A stretch of 64,000 nucleotides of DNA from an uncultured bacterium (GCA_963749495.1 CAVVMW010000004.1:64001-128000); one strand, 5' to 3'; counted from the first letter of the stretch, positions 1-9,775 are shown. Numbers and translations: made by a program. Notes: generated by a model from the letters alone, not told the origin.

Positions 1-1152
1 GTTGATCGGCCTGGACGGGGTCCTGGATTCCGCCGCCGTATGTTGGACGGCTTCTTGGACGACTGTCGCGGGGACAGTCCCGTTTGAATCACCAGGATGC
101 CCGCCTATAATGGCGGTTCGCAGGAAGTCCGAATTGAGCTCGCGGAGTTCCTGGTCTTTCTGGCGCAGGACGCCGACCTCGCCCCGCAGTCGCAGCAACT
201 CCGACTGCTGGCCGCGCAGCCTCGCCAGTTCTTCGCCATCCACGTTCGGCTTCGCCAGTCGCTGGTTCTCCGTCAGCTTCGCCAGTCGCTGGTTCTCCGC
301 TCGCACGCGGTCGAGCTCGCCCGTTTGCTCGGCCAGTTGGCGTTGGAGCGCCGCCCGTTGGGCCCGCTCCCTGGCATTGGCCTCATGTTGAATCACCACG
401 GGCGTCACCACACTGGCAACGACAATGGCCCCGACAATCGCAACCTGGAGTTTCGTCATACTCGTCAATTTCAAAATGGCAACGATGGTCCCCGTTCCCG
501 CGGCCCCGCCGCTGAGCGCGGTCGCCGCAAGCGAGGCGGCCAGGCCAGCCGGGGCGGCTGTAACCGAATGCGCCGAGATAGCGGAAGCTATGAGGACAGA
601 AGAGGCGGTGATGCCACGGGCGACAAAAATGCTCTTGAGCCGTTCCACGCCACGCATGACCCGCTTCTGCGCGGCCGCCTCGCTCAGCCCCATGATGCGC
701 CCAATCTCCTGCATTGAACGCCGCTCGAAGAAGCGTAGCAGCACTACATCGCGGTCCACGGCCTTCAGTTGTCCAAGGGCCTCGTCCAGATGAGGCGCAA
801 TTCGCTCCCAGACCGGCTCAATTTCCGAAAAGGCGTTTTCGTTCATGGCTGCGGCTTCCTGTTCACGGGCGCGCCGGCGCACCTCCGCTCGCACGGTCTT
901 GGCCGCAAGGTTTTGAGCCGTGCGGTGCAGCCAACCCGAGAGCACCGCCCGCCGGGAGAGTGGACGCGCATTTTGGCTCAAAGCGACAAACACGGCTTGG
1001 GTGACCTCCTGGGCCAGGTCCAGGTTCCCGACCATGCGAAGGGCGGCCGAATGGACAAAATCAGCGTATCGCCGCACCAGTTCCGCAAACGCCTCTTCCG
1101 AGCCCCGCTCGGCATAATCGCACAACAGTTCCTGGTCACGCTTGCTATTCAC
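1..1152 (-). CDS. ECF-type sigma-70 factor with long C-terminal extension (runs off the window start)
   Basis: Manual minus-strand translation from GTG 1152 (absent from the ORF track because no stop lies in the window): MNSKRDQELLCDYAERGSEEAFAELVRRYADFVHSAALRMVG...GWLHRTAQNLAAKTVRAEVRRRAREQEA...LDEALGQL...VLLRFFERRSMQEIGRIMGLSEAAAQKRVMRGVERLK, then an Ala-rich linker, a TM segment (MTKLQVAIVGAIVVASVV) and a coiled coil. Confidence 0.9.
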   Translation of the reverse strand, partial: MNSKRDQELLCDYAERGSEEAFAELVRRYADFVHSAALRMVGNLDLAQEVTQAVFVALSQNARPLSRRAVLSGWLHRTAQNLAAKTVRAEVRRRAREQEAAAMNENAFSEIEPVWERIAPHLDEALGQLKAVDRDVVLLRFFERRSMQEIGRIMGLSEAAAQKRVMRGVERLKSIFVARGITASSVLIASAISAHSVTAAPAGLAASLAATALSGGAAGTGTIVAILKLTSMTKLQVAIVGAIVVASVVTPVVIQHEANARERAQRAALQRQLAEQTGELDRVRAENQRLAKLTENQRLAKPNVDGEELARLRGQQSELLRLRGEVGVLRQKDQELRELNSDFLRTAIIGGHPGDSNGTVPATVVQEAVQHTAAESRTPSRPIN

Positions 1153-1372
1153 GGCTACAGAATATTACCCGCAACCGCCAAAAACAGACAACCAAAGAGC
1201 GTTTTCCACCGTTTCCAGGCAGGCTAAATGAGCCCCTGTCTTGGACAGCTTGGCTCTCCGTAGGCAAGAGGCTCGCCTTTCGGCCAAGCACGGCCCGCGC
1301 TACGTCACCCTGGGCATGCGCTGGGACACCGAGAAGGGCGAGTTGGTCATCGAATTGGCGTGGAATTGGAAT

Positions 1373-1499
1373 GGGGTCAGCCATAGCATGGTTCGCGCCG
1401 TCGTGGAACCACCCCAAGCTATGGGTTGGCCCCATAATCTGCCAACCAAGAAAATGAACCATGCTATGGGTTCGCCAGGAAAAACTTTGTTCTGACCCC
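1373..1499. repeat. Palindromic REP/MITE-like element
   Basis: GGGGTCAG-CCATAGCATGGTTC ... GAACCATGCTATGG ... CTGACCCC nested inverted repeats. Confidence 0.55.
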
Positions 1500-1769
1500 G
1501 CTACGCTGCGCTACGCCCGCGAGCCTCATAGGTTCTGAATCCAGAGCCGGTAAAACGAACGGCTGGCGTTGTTGGTATGGTGCCGCCGGGCCCGGCCTCG
1601 CGAGATCCCGTGAGGCCCACTCCACAAATACCTTTTGCACCGAGTCGGCAAAGAGCGGCGAGTCCTCCGGCTCGTCGAACCCGACAGCCACGGCCCGATT
1701 GGGACCGGGCAGCCCGAAGAGGAGGAGCGACGCGAGCATTAGCAGACCCTTTACCGGTGAGGTCTTCAT
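1464..1769 (-). CDS. Hypothetical secreted protein, probably truncated by the adjacent palindromic element
   Basis: Signal-peptide-like N-terminus MKTSPVKGLLMLASLLLFGL; starts 7 bp after the vapC stop with AAGGA upstream; stop lies inside the repeat. Confidence 0.45.
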   Translation of the reverse strand: MKTSPVKGLLMLASLLLFGLPGPNRAVAVGFDEPEDSPLFADSVQKVFVEWASRDLARPGPAAPYQQRQPFVLPALDSEPMRLAGVAQRSGVRTKFFLANP

Positions 1770-1776
1770 GCTTTCC

Positions 1777-2214
1777 TTAGCCCGATCCGTCCAGCGGATG
1801 GCGCCAACGCAACCCCGGAAACCGGGCGAAACCGCGATCCGCAGTCAGCCACTCGCAGCCGGATTCGATCGCCAGAGCTGCGTGGTAGGCGTCCGGAACC
1901 GAGTTCCCCTTGGCCTCGGCTGTGCGGCACAACTCGGTGAAAATCCTCCAGTGGGAGGAGCCGGGTCTCACCAGGCGAACATTTGGGTGGCTCCGGAGGT
2001 CCTCGATATAACGCACTCCCGCCGCTACTGGGGTGGGCGGAACGAATACTTTCGGGTGGGTGATCACGCGCAGGCACCCGGCCAAGGCCAAGTCGGACAT
2101 GCCGCACGGCTCGAAGGAGTCCAACTGCCGCTCCAGCCAATCCCGATAGGCCGAGTGGTTGGGTGCGTCTTTGCGATGGGCATAGACCAGAAGGTTGACA
2201 TCCAGCAGGATCAT
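1777..2214 (-). CDS. vapC: VapC-family PIN-domain toxin
   Basis: MILLDVNLLVYAHR...GNSVPDAYHAALAIESGCEWLTADRGFARFPGLRWRHPL PIN motifs. Confidence 0.93.
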   Translation of the reverse strand: MILLDVNLLVYAHRKDAPNHSAYRDWLERQLDSFEPCGMSDLALAGCLRVITHPKVFVPPTPVAAGVRYIEDLRSHPNVRLVRPGSSHWRIFTELCRTAEAKGNSVPDAYHAALAIESGCEWLTADRGFARFPGLRWRHPLDGSG

Positions 2215-2450
2215 CGACCCTCCATGAGATCGAGCAAAGCGGCATTCGAATCCAGGTCCACTCCTGGGGCTGGTCCCTTCCCACCGAATGTCACCAAGCG
2301 AGTTGGCTTTCTCCGGCCTTTATCGAGAGCAGGAAACAGCAGGGCTCGCAAGCCTTCCGACATCACCTCTCCGAGGGACAAGTTCCGGGCTTGAGCCAGC
2401 TTTTTGGCCTGTGCGAGCAACTCGTCGTTGATGTTAACCGTTGTTCTCAT
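2211..2450 (-). CDS. vapB: VapB-like RHH antitoxin
   Basis: MRTTVNINDELLAQAKKLA...PGVDLDSNAALLDLME; ATGA overlap with vapC. Confidence 0.9.
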   Translation of the reverse strand: MRTTVNINDELLAQAKKLAQARNLSLGEVMSEGLRALLFPALDKGRRKPTRLVTFGGKGPAPGVDLDSNAALLDLMEGR

Positions 2451-2640
2451 ACATCAAAGCATACAGAGGACGCATCACGATGTCAATCCTGTTCCTGTCA
2501 CATTTTGCCCGCACCTGTTATGTCTTGCTCCCAGGTTTTCCACTGGATACTTTTCAGGGCAATCCCGGCTAGGCAGCGGGACCGGTTTTGGGCTAGGATA
2601 CCCGCGCTGGTGAAGGTCCGTGCAGAAGCGAATCCTGGAT

Positions 2641-3639
2641 ATGAATATGATGACTCAGGTTGTCTGGCTGTCGGGTTTGTTGGCGATCCTCGTGCAGGGC
2701 CTGGCGGGCGCAGGTCCTGCAGCAGAGGGCAGGAGGGTAGTCGCCTGGGGCAACCTCCGGTTCCGGGTTAGCGCAGCGCCCCGGTTTGAGGCAGGCGCGC
2801 GCGTGGTGGGGATTGCCGCAGGCTACTTTCACAGCCTTTTTCTCCAGAGTGACGGCTCGGTGTTTGCATGGGGCGACAACCGTTTTGGCCAGACTACCGT
2901 CCCGGAGCAACTGGGCCGGGTTGGCGTAGTGGACATCGCCGCCGGCAATGTGCACAGCCTGGCGCTGCTGCGCGATGGGACTGTGGCCGCCTGGGGGCCC
3001 TCGGGCGGGCAATATGGAGACCGTGGACAGTGTGAGGTTCCCGCCGGACTGAGCAACGTGGCCGCAGTGGCTGCCGGTGCCATCCACAGCCTGGCGCTTC
3101 GGCGCGACGGCACGGTCGTCGCCTGGGGCTCGGACGATTATGGCCAGTGCGATGTCCCGGCCGGGCTCAAAGGCGCGGCAGCCGTCGCCGGGGGCATGTT
3201 CCACAGCCTGGCGCTCTTGGAGGATGGCACGGTCGTCGCCTGGGGCAACAACCGGATGGGCCAAATAGACGTGCCGGAGGGCTTGAACCACGTCGTCGCC
3301 ATTGCCGCCGGAGGCTACCACAGCCTGGCCTTGAGGGACGATGGGACGGTGGTCTTCTGGGGCGGCTACGGGCTCATCCGGGGCAGTTCGCCGGCCGGGC
3401 TGGCAAATGTGGTTGCGATAGCCACAGGCGACTACCATTGCCTGGCGGTGAGGAGCGACGGCACGGTGGTGGCTTGGGGGTTGGACTCAGCGGGCCAGTG
3501 CGATATTCCCCCCGGGCTGGGCAACGTTGTGGCCATTGCCGCGCGGGGCAATCATAGTTTGGCGTTGGTGGGGGACCAGCCTCACCCGGGCAAGCGTGCA
3601 TTTCCCCGGCGGCCCGCGGCGAGGGACCTGGCTCAATAG
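2641..3639 (+). CDS. Secreted RCC1/BLIP-II repeat beta-propeller protein
   Basis: Signal peptide followed by about 7 repeats of IAAGxxHSLALxxDGTVVAWGxNxxGQ; start codon uncertain (2620-2650). Confidence 0.9.
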   Translation: MNMMTQVVWLSGLLAILVQGLAGAGPAAEGRRVVAWGNLRFRVSAAPRFEAGARVVGIAAGYFHSLFLQSDGSVFAWGDNRFGQTTVPEQLGRVGVVDIAAGNVHSLALLRDGTVAAWGPSGGQYGDRGQCEVPAGLSNVAAVAAGAIHSLALRRDGTVVAWGSDDYGQCDVPAGLKGAAAVAGGMFHSLALLEDGTVVAWGNNRMGQIDVPEGLNHVVAIAAGGYHSLALRDDGTVVFWGGYGLIRGSSPAGLANVVAIATGDYHCLAVRSDGTVVAWGLDSAGQCDIPPGLGNVVAIAARGNHSLALVGDQPHPGKRAFPRRPAARDLAQ

Positions 3640-3838
3640 GGCCGTTGACAAAGTCGTAGCGCAGGTTTCCAAACCTGCTGTATCGCCGATTTCCAATCGG
3701 CAGGGCGTCGGCATGTCGAGCAACCTCGGTTTGGGGACGGCCTGCGGGTTTGGAAACCCGCGATACAGCAGGTTTGGAAACCTGCGCTACGCTGGCGCCC
3801 CTGCGCACAGGCGCGCCGACCGAGAATGTCAATGGCCC
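3639..3838. mobile_element. MITE/REP family A (TIR GGGCCGTTGACA, palindromic core GTAGCGCAGGTTTCCAAACCTGCTGTATCGC)
   Basis: Core inverted repeat 3656-3790; terminal IR GGGCCGTTGACA...TGTCAATGGCCC; CCTGGCTCAATA repeated on both flanks (3627-3638, 3841-3852). Confidence 0.8.
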
Positions 3839-3908
3839 TGCCTGGCTCAATAGGGGGCGCGCGCAGCGGCTTGCGCAGGCTTCTGCGACCCTGCTATGCT
3901 CTGCGCCG

Positions 3909-4109
3909 ATGAAATTCAGCGAACTCGTCCGCCGGCTAGAGGAGGAGGGGTTCCGCGTCGTGAAGCAGAAAGGCTCCGTCCGCTACTATACCAAGACTGG
4001 CCATTCGCACCTGATCCGCGTAGATTTCCACGGTGCAAAGGAAGTGCCGAGCGGGACCTGTCACGCAATCCTCAAAGCCGCGGGGCCGAAGGGAAAGGAG
4101 ACACCATGA
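3909..4109 (+). CDS. hicA: HicA-family toxin
   Basis: MKFSELVRRLEEEGFRVVKQKGSVRYY...HGAKEVPSGTCHAILKAAG; the usual GSH His reads GSV. Confidence 0.85.
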   Translation: MKFSELVRRLEEEGFRVVKQKGSVRYYTKTGHSHLIRVDFHGAKEVPSGTCHAILKAAGPKGKETP

Positions 4110-4351
4110 TCACGCTGCCATACTCCCTGGTGATTGAAGCGACGGAAGACGCCGACTTCTTCGGTTTTTATTCGCCCGACCTCGAGGGGTTCACCGGGGT
4201 CGGTCACTCGATCGAAGACTGTCTTTACCAGGCCCGCTGGGGCATAGCCGACCACGTGCAGACGCTGCGTGAGCAAGGCCTGACGGTCCCGGCAACCAAC
4301 CCCGATCCAACCATCGTAATTCAAAACGACCGCAGAGCGCAGGCGGCGTGA
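4106..4351 (+). CDS. hicB: HicB-family antitoxin
   Basis: YSLVIEATEDADFFGFYSPDLEGFTGVGHSIEDCLYQA; ATGA overlap with hicA; GGAG RBS. Confidence 0.88.
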   Translation: MITLPYSLVIEATEDADFFGFYSPDLEGFTGVGHSIEDCLYQARWGIADHVQTLREQGLTVPATNPDPTIVIQNDRRAQAA

Positions 4352-4379
4352 GCCGTCATGAGAACATCCAATTGGTGCG

Positions 4380-7244
4380 ATGAATCGTCCGCGCTCTCAA
4401 ACCTTCGGCGTCCTCGCCTGGCTCTCCCTGGCCGCCGCCATTGTGGGCGCTGCCGAGACAAAGACCATAACGGCGCAGGAGTGGCGGGAGAGGGTCGAGG
4501 CGGATTGGCTGCTCCAGGATGCCAAGCGGGTTTTGCCGGCGGCCACAGTGGGCAGGGTCAGCCCCGAGGACGATGCCATCGGCGGTTGCAACGGCATCAA
4601 GGACGGCCAGTGGGGATTTCACACCGAGGCCCAGGACAATCCCTGGTGGCAGGTCAACCTGCAGGCGCCGCTCCGCATTGAGCGCGTGGTCATTTACAAC
4701 CGTTGCAACGCCACCGCCGAGCGGAATTCGCGCATCCTGGTGCTGGTCTCGGAGGACGGGCGGACCTTCCGCCGCGTCTATCAGCACAATGGCACGACGT
4801 TTTACGGTTATACGGACGGCAAGCCGCTGGTCGTGAAGCTGGGCGGTGCGAGCGCCCGGTTTGTGCGCCTGGCCCTGGAGGGCCACAACTATTTTCACCT
4901 GGACGAAGTCGAGGTGTACGCCGTTGGCGCGGAGCAGAACATGGCCTTGGGCAAGCCCGCCACCCAAAGCAGCACCAGCCAATGGTCCCGGGCCCACCGG
5001 AGGGGCGTCCCGAGCGCCTCGGCCGCTTATCCCTTGGAGCGCGTTATCGAGCGCGGTCTAAAGCTGGCGGAGAGCCAGCGCCGCCTCGGGGCGGACGTTC
5101 AGGATGAGGCCATCCTGCTCCGGGAACTGCAGCGCCAGGCCAGCCAACTCCCGGCCAATGCCCCCGGCCAGGTCCGGCGCCAACTCTATCTCCGCGCCCA
5201 TTGGGCGGTGCGCGCCATGGCCTTGCGCAATCCCCTCCTGAACTTCGACACCCTCCTCTTCGTCCAACGCGCGCCCACCATGTTCCCCCACATGTCCGAC
5301 CAGCACTATGGCTGGTGGTCGCGCCCGGGCGGCGGCGTCTATCTGCTGGAGGCCTTCAAGAGGGGCGCGCCGCGAGTCCGATGCCTCACCGCGGACCTGC
5401 CTCCCGGCAGCTTCATCGGACCGGAGCTTTCCTATGACGGCCGCAAGGTGCTCTTCGCCTACTGCACCTTTTTTGCCCAGGTGCCAGACATGGAGAAGGT
5501 GAACAAAGAGAAGCTGCCCGCCGACTGCTTCTACAATCTCTACGAGATGAACCTCGACGGCACCGGGCGGCGCCGGCTCACGCGGGGGCGCTACGACGAC
5601 TTTGACGGCCGTTACCTGCCCAGTGGCGACATCCTCTTTCTTTCCACGCGCAAGGGCCTGGCCCTGCAAACGACGCGCGCCTTCTCCGATGCCACACGCC
5701 TGGCCGACCTGCCCGACAGCTTCGTGCGTTGCGGCGGGGACAGCCACCGCCCGGTCCCCGTCTTCACGCTCCACGTCATGGATGCCGATGGGCGCAACCT
5801 CCGGCCCTTCTCCGCCTTCGAGAATTTCGAATGGACCCCCTCCGTTGCGGCCGACGGGCGCATCCTCTATACCCGCTGGGATTACATCGACCGCTTCAAC
5901 GGCAACTTCTTCAGCCTCTGGTCGGCCAACCAGGACGGCACCAACCCGCAGCTTGTCTATGGCAACTACACCGCCCGGCCCCAGGTCAAGTGCGAGGCGC
6001 GGTCCATCCCCGGCTCCTCGAAATTGGTCATCACCGCCGGCGCGCACCATTCCATCACCGGCGGTTCGCTTTGCCTCCTGGACCGCGCCCGCGGGACCGA
6101 GGGCGCGGCGCCGCTCACGCGCCTGACGCCCGAGGTCTGTTTCCCCGAGACCGAGGGCTGGCCCGAGCACTATTACGCCAATCCATGGCCGCTCTCCGAG
6201 GAGTATTTCCTGGTCAGTTGGTCGGACCGCAAGCTGCCGCCCCATTGCCGCGTCGACGACGAGGCCACCAACCCGGTCAACGCCATGGGCCTTTACCTCT
6301 ACGATGCCTTCGGCAACCAGGAGTTGCTCTACCGCGACCGGGCCCTCTCGAGCATGTACCCCATGCCCGTGGCGCCGCGCGCCAAACCGCCCGCCCAGGC
6401 GAGCCTGGTCCTGTGGGACGGCCCGCAGGAGGGCCGCTTCCTCGTGCAGGATGTCGGCCAGGGCTTGGCCGGCATTGCGCGTGGGACCGTCAAGCGGCTG
6501 CGCATTGTCGCCGTCCCGCCCAAGGAACAGCCCTACATGAACAGCCCGGTCCTCGGCGTCTCGGCCGAAGACCCGGGCAAATTCGTCCTCGGCACGGTGC
6601 CGGTCGAGTCGGATGGCTCCGCCTATTTTCGGGCGCCCTCGGGCATCCCGGTGTTCTTCCAGGCCCTCGACGCCCAGGGCGTGGCGGTGCAGACCATGCG
6701 CTCGCTCACCTACCTCCAGCCCGGCCAGGACTTTGCCTGCATCGGCTGCCATGAATCGCGCGAGACCACCCCGCTCGCGGCACGCCCCCTCCTGGCCGTG
6801 CAACGGCCTCCGTCTCGAATTGCGCGCGGCCCCGGAGGTTCCTGGCCCCTCCGTTACGACCAACTCGTCCAGCCCGTGCTCGACCGGTTCTGTGTCCGCT
6901 GCCACAGCCCCAATAGCGCCGACCCCAAGGCCGCAAAGCCCGATCTCACCCCTGGCTCCTCATACGAGGCCCTCCTGGCCTTCGGCGGCGGCGACCTCAA
7001 GCAACTGGCCTTCGAGCGGGACCGCTCCGTCCCGGGCACGGGCGTTTGCGCCAACAGCCGCCTCTGGGCCCTGCTCACCGCCCAAGCGCCGCACTACAAC
7101 GCGGCCCTTGACCCGGACAGCCTGGCGCGCCTGGCCACGTGGATGGACACCTACGCCCAACGCATCGGCCACTTCAGCGACGCCCAGGAGAAGCGCCTTG
7201 TCGAGCTGCGTGTTACGCTCGCCGATGTGATCGAACAGCCTTGA
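4380..7244 (+). CDS. Secreted discoidin (F5/8C) + HzsA-like propeller/middle-domain protein with two CxxCH motifs
   Basis: Signal peptide; FHTEAQDNPWWQVNL discoidin motif; DGRILYTRWDYIDR propeller repeats; VESDGSAYFRAP...FFQALD...MRSLTYLQPG; CIGCHE and CVRCHS. Confidence 0.85.
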   Translation: MNRPRSQTFGVLAWLSLAAAIVGAAETKTITAQEWRERVEADWLLQDAKRVLPAATVGRVSPEDDAIGGCNGIKDGQWGFHTEAQDNPWWQVNLQAPLRIERVVIYNRCNATAERNSRILVLVSEDGRTFRRVYQHNGTTFYGYTDGKPLVVKLGGASARFVRLALEGHNYFHLDEVEVYAVGAEQNMALGKPATQSSTSQWSRAHRRGVPSASAAYPLERVIERGLKLAESQRRLGADVQDEAILLRELQRQASQLPANAPGQVRRQLYLRAHWAVRAMALRNPLLNFDTLLFVQRAPTMFPHMSDQHYGWWSRPGGGVYLLEAFKRGAPRVRCLTADLPPGSFIGPELSYDGRKVLFAYCTFFAQVPDMEKVNKEKLPADCFYNLYEMNLDGTGRRRLTRGRYDDFDGRYLPSGDILFLSTRKGLALQTTRAFSDATRLADLPDSFVRCGGDSHRPVPVFTLHVMDADGRNLRPFSAFENFEWTPSVAADGRILYTRWDYIDRFNGNFFSLWSANQDGTNPQLVYGNYTARPQVKCEARSIPGSSKLVITAGAHHSITGGSLCLLDRARGTEGAAPLTRLTPEVCFPETEGWPEHYYANPWPLSEEYFLVSWSDRKLPPHCRVDDEATNPVNAMGLYLYDAFGNQELLYRDRALSSMYPMPVAPRAKPPAQASLVLWDGPQEGRFLVQDVGQGLAGIARGTVKRLRIVAVPPKEQPYMNSPVLGVSAEDPGKFVLGTVPVESDGSAYFRAPSGIPVFFQALDAQGVAVQTMRSLTYLQPGQDFACIGCHESRETTPLAARPLLAVQRPPSRIARGPGGSWPLRYDQLVQPVLDRFCVRCHSPNSADPKAAKPDLTPGSSYEALLAFGGGDLKQLAFERDRSVPGTGVCANSRLWALLTAQAPHYNAALDPDSLARLATWMDTYAQRIGHFSDAQEKRLVELRVTLADVIEQP

Positions 7245-7280
7245 GCTTCAGCTTCCGACCTCACCGCGGGCTGCCGAGTT

Positions 7281-7315
7281 TTCGACAAAGGTGGCGACAA
7301 AGGCTGCGACAAGGG
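7281..7315. repeat. CGACAAAGG repeat (family D), partial
   Basis: cgacaaaggtggcgacaaaggctgcgacaagg; same motif at 27150-27230, 30573-30625 and 35051-35130. Confidence 0.6.
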
Positions 7316-7332
7316 TCTCCCAACGGAGCAGG

Positions 7333-9324
7333 TTACCGTTTGTCCCCCGGGCCGGGCAGATAAAGCGTGGCGCGGGCAGAGTTGGTGACGGCCGCCATGA
7401 GGTTGCGATTGATGAGTTGGAGCAAATAACCGGTATCGATGAGATCCCACCTGTCGGCCACGACGTTCCTCTGGAGGTTGTCGGAACGCTCGAGCCACGA
7501 CCTGGCGGCGACGTAGTTGCCGGTTTTGAGGTAATGCAGGCCGATGTAGGCCATCGTATAATAGCTGTTGGGGTCGAGTTGATCGGCCTTGTCGAAATAA
7601 GGTTCCGATTCGCCCGGCCTGTCGAGCCAGTCCAGGCACCAACCGCACCACAGACAGGGGGCGGCGTCCCAGGGGTTGAGTTTCACGGCGCGCGCATACC
7701 ATTGCAGGGCGTCGGCGGTCAATTGCTCGTAACCCGGGGCGTCCTTGTCGGCCGGGGCGCCCTCGGCGCTTTGGAGGCGGAGGCAGTCGCCGATGGCGCA
7801 AGCCGTGGCGGCATTCATCGGTTCGATGGCAGCGGCCTTCTGGAGAACCGCGGCCTTGGCGAGCGAGAAGTTATCGGCGCGGGCGGCGCGGGCCAGCCAG
7901 AGGTTCTCGGCGGTATGGCGCCGGGCCTCCACGCCCAGGTAACCCAGCCCGGCCACGAGCACAAGAGTGCCCAGGACTTTGGTCCACGCGCGGGCGCTGA
8001 ACCAGTAATTGTCCGTGGCAAAGCGAAGGTGGCTGCTGAGCAAGGCCATGAGGGTGACAGCCAGCAGGGCATTGGCGGGGATGCACATGTTGAAATCGAC
8101 CGCCGAGTGGCAGAGGATGGCTACCAGGCCGAGGGTGGCGCCCAGCACGAAGGCGAATTTGTTGCTGGTTTGCTTGCCGCCCAAATCCCGCTGCGAACCG
8201 CGCACATAGCTCCAGGTCTTGCGGACACCCGCGAAGAGCAGGCCCCACGCCGAGGCGATGATGGCCGCGCCCACCAGGCCCCAATCGGCCAGGGCGTTGA
8301 GATAATCGTTGTGCGCCCGGTCGGCCATCGTCTGCGCCTGGATGGGCCGGTACTGACGGAAGCGGTAATCGAAGTGGGCCGGCCCCGCGCCGAACCAGAA
8401 ATGGTCCTGCCAGATCCGCAGGGCGGGCTGCCACAGGGCCAGGCGTCCCTGCTGTTGCGTTTGTTGCAGGTTGTCGGCATAGAGCTGCCGGGCGCGGGTC
8501 TTGAAGACCTCGCTCTTGGGGACCAGATAGACGCCGCTGCCCAGCAGCAGGACCAGCAGCACCAGCGAGGGCAGCCGGTACGCCCGGTGCATGAGCAGGA
8601 TGCCAAAGAACAAGAGCAACGCGGCCACCGTCGAGATCCAGCCTCCGCGCGAGACCGTGAAGGCGATGCCCGCGAGGATGGCCAGCGAGGCGTAGCCCAG
8701 CAACACCTTGACCAGCGGTTTGAACCGGCTGACCAGGGCCAGGGCCATGCCCAGCGGCAGGAGCATCTCCAGAAACCCCGCCAGGTGGTTGGGGCAAATG
8801 TAGGTGCCCGAGCCACGGTGGGGGAACGGCGCCACGGTGTGCCAAACCCGGTTCGAGCCCGCCAGGAACTGGTAGGCCGCATAAAACGACTCGAGCATCG
8901 CCACCACAACCAGGCTCAGCGTCAATACGTGCACGGCCTCCTGCCGGTGCAGGTTGTTCACGATGGCAAGAAACAGAAAGGCATAGACCAGTATGCGCAG
9001 CAACTCCTGCCGGGCGACATATTCGATGTCCGCCGCCACGTAGCGGCCGACGGCGTAGGCCGCGAAGGCCGCCACCGCCCAGCAAATTGGCGGCCACAAC
9101 AGCCGCAGCTTGGGATTGACCCAAAGCCGGACCGCCCACAGCCCCAGCAACGGCACCATCAGCCACTGCGCCAGCACGAATGGGTCCAACAGCCAAAAAT
9201 CCAGGATGCTCCCCGCCGCCACCTGCGGCCTGCCCCCAAAGGCCAGCGGCATCGAAACCAGAATCCCCAGCGCCAACCCCAGTATCCCGCGCTCGCACCA
9301 ACTGTCCAACACGTTACGGTCCAT
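7333..9324 (-). CDS. O-antigen ligase (Wzy_C/WaaL-like) membrane protein with C-terminal TPR
   Basis: Many TM segments; GTYICPNHLAGFLEM, TVSRGGW, RAHNDYLNALADWGLVG; TPR-like C-terminus. Confidence 0.9.
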   Translation of the reverse strand: MDRNVLDSWCERGILGLALGILVSMPLAFGGRPQVAAGSILDFWLLDPFVLAQWLMVPLLGLWAVRLWVNPKLRLLWPPICWAVAAFAAYAVGRYVAADIEYVARQELLRILVYAFLFLAIVNNLHRQEAVHVLTLSLVVVAMLESFYAAYQFLAGSNRVWHTVAPFPHRGSGTYICPNHLAGFLEMLLPLGMALALVSRFKPLVKVLLGYASLAILAGIAFTVSRGGWISTVAALLLFFGILLMHRAYRLPSLVLLVLLLGSGVYLVPKSEVFKTRARQLYADNLQQTQQQGRLALWQPALRIWQDHFWFGAGPAHFDYRFRQYRPIQAQTMADRAHNDYLNALADWGLVGAAIIASAWGLLFAGVRKTWSYVRGSQRDLGGKQTSNKFAFVLGATLGLVAILCHSAVDFNMCIPANALLAVTLMALLSSHLRFATDNYWFSARAWTKVLGTLVLVAGLGYLGVEARRHTAENLWLARAARADNFSLAKAAVLQKAAAIEPMNAATACAIGDCLRLQSAEGAPADKDAPGYEQLTADALQWYARAVKLNPWDAAPCLWCGWCLDWLDRPGESEPYFDKADQLDPNSYYTMAYIGLHYLKTGNYVAARSWLERSDNLQRNVVADRWDLIDTGYLLQLINRNLMAAVTNSARATLYLPGPGDKR

Positions 9325-9384
9325 CAGGATGCCGAGCCTACGAAAAAGCCCAGCCGCGCGTCACGCCAATTTGTGAAAACCCCA

Positions 9385-9588
9385 GGGCCATTGACAAAGT
9401 CGCTCGGTGCCCCTGTGAGCCAGGGGCCCCAGCGTAGCGGCCCGATTCCGAATCGGGACTGTGTCGCGGGTTTCCTAACCCGCAGGCCGTCCGCAAACCG
9501 GGGGCGCTCGACATGCCGACGCACTGCTGACTGGAAGTCGGCGATACAGCAGGTTTGGAAACCTGCGCTACGGCTCCGTCAACGGCGC
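9385..9588. mobile_element. MITE/REP family A copy
   Basis: GGGCCATTGACAAAGT ... GCGATACAGCAGGTTTGGAAACCTGCGCTAC ... GTCAACGGCGC. Confidence 0.75.
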
Positions 9589-9775
9589 TCGCCATAGCCC
9601 CCTTTGGGCGCTTCTCCGGGCACCGCCCCCGCAACGCCGCATCGACCCCTTTTCGAGGCTTCTGCGCACCGGCGCGGGAGCGGGTGTGCTCCCACAAAGA
9701 TTTATTTGGCTGAAATGGTGGCATTTATGCTACACATTGTGGAGTTATGGATCCTGTTTATTGGGAGGACATTCG

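Noticed and set aside
251..299. 22-bp direct repeat in the sigma factor tail
   Set aside because: In-frame coding duplication (ENQRLAK twice) in a coiled coil; ordinary.
1380..1470. Repeated ANP-TAG in-frame amber codons suggesting recoding
   Set aside because: They arise from the palindromic element. A TGA follows shortly and the read-through is not protein-like.
4380..7244. Anammox hydrazine synthase
   Set aside because: No hzsB/hzsC, a discoidin fusion, and non-anammox gene context.
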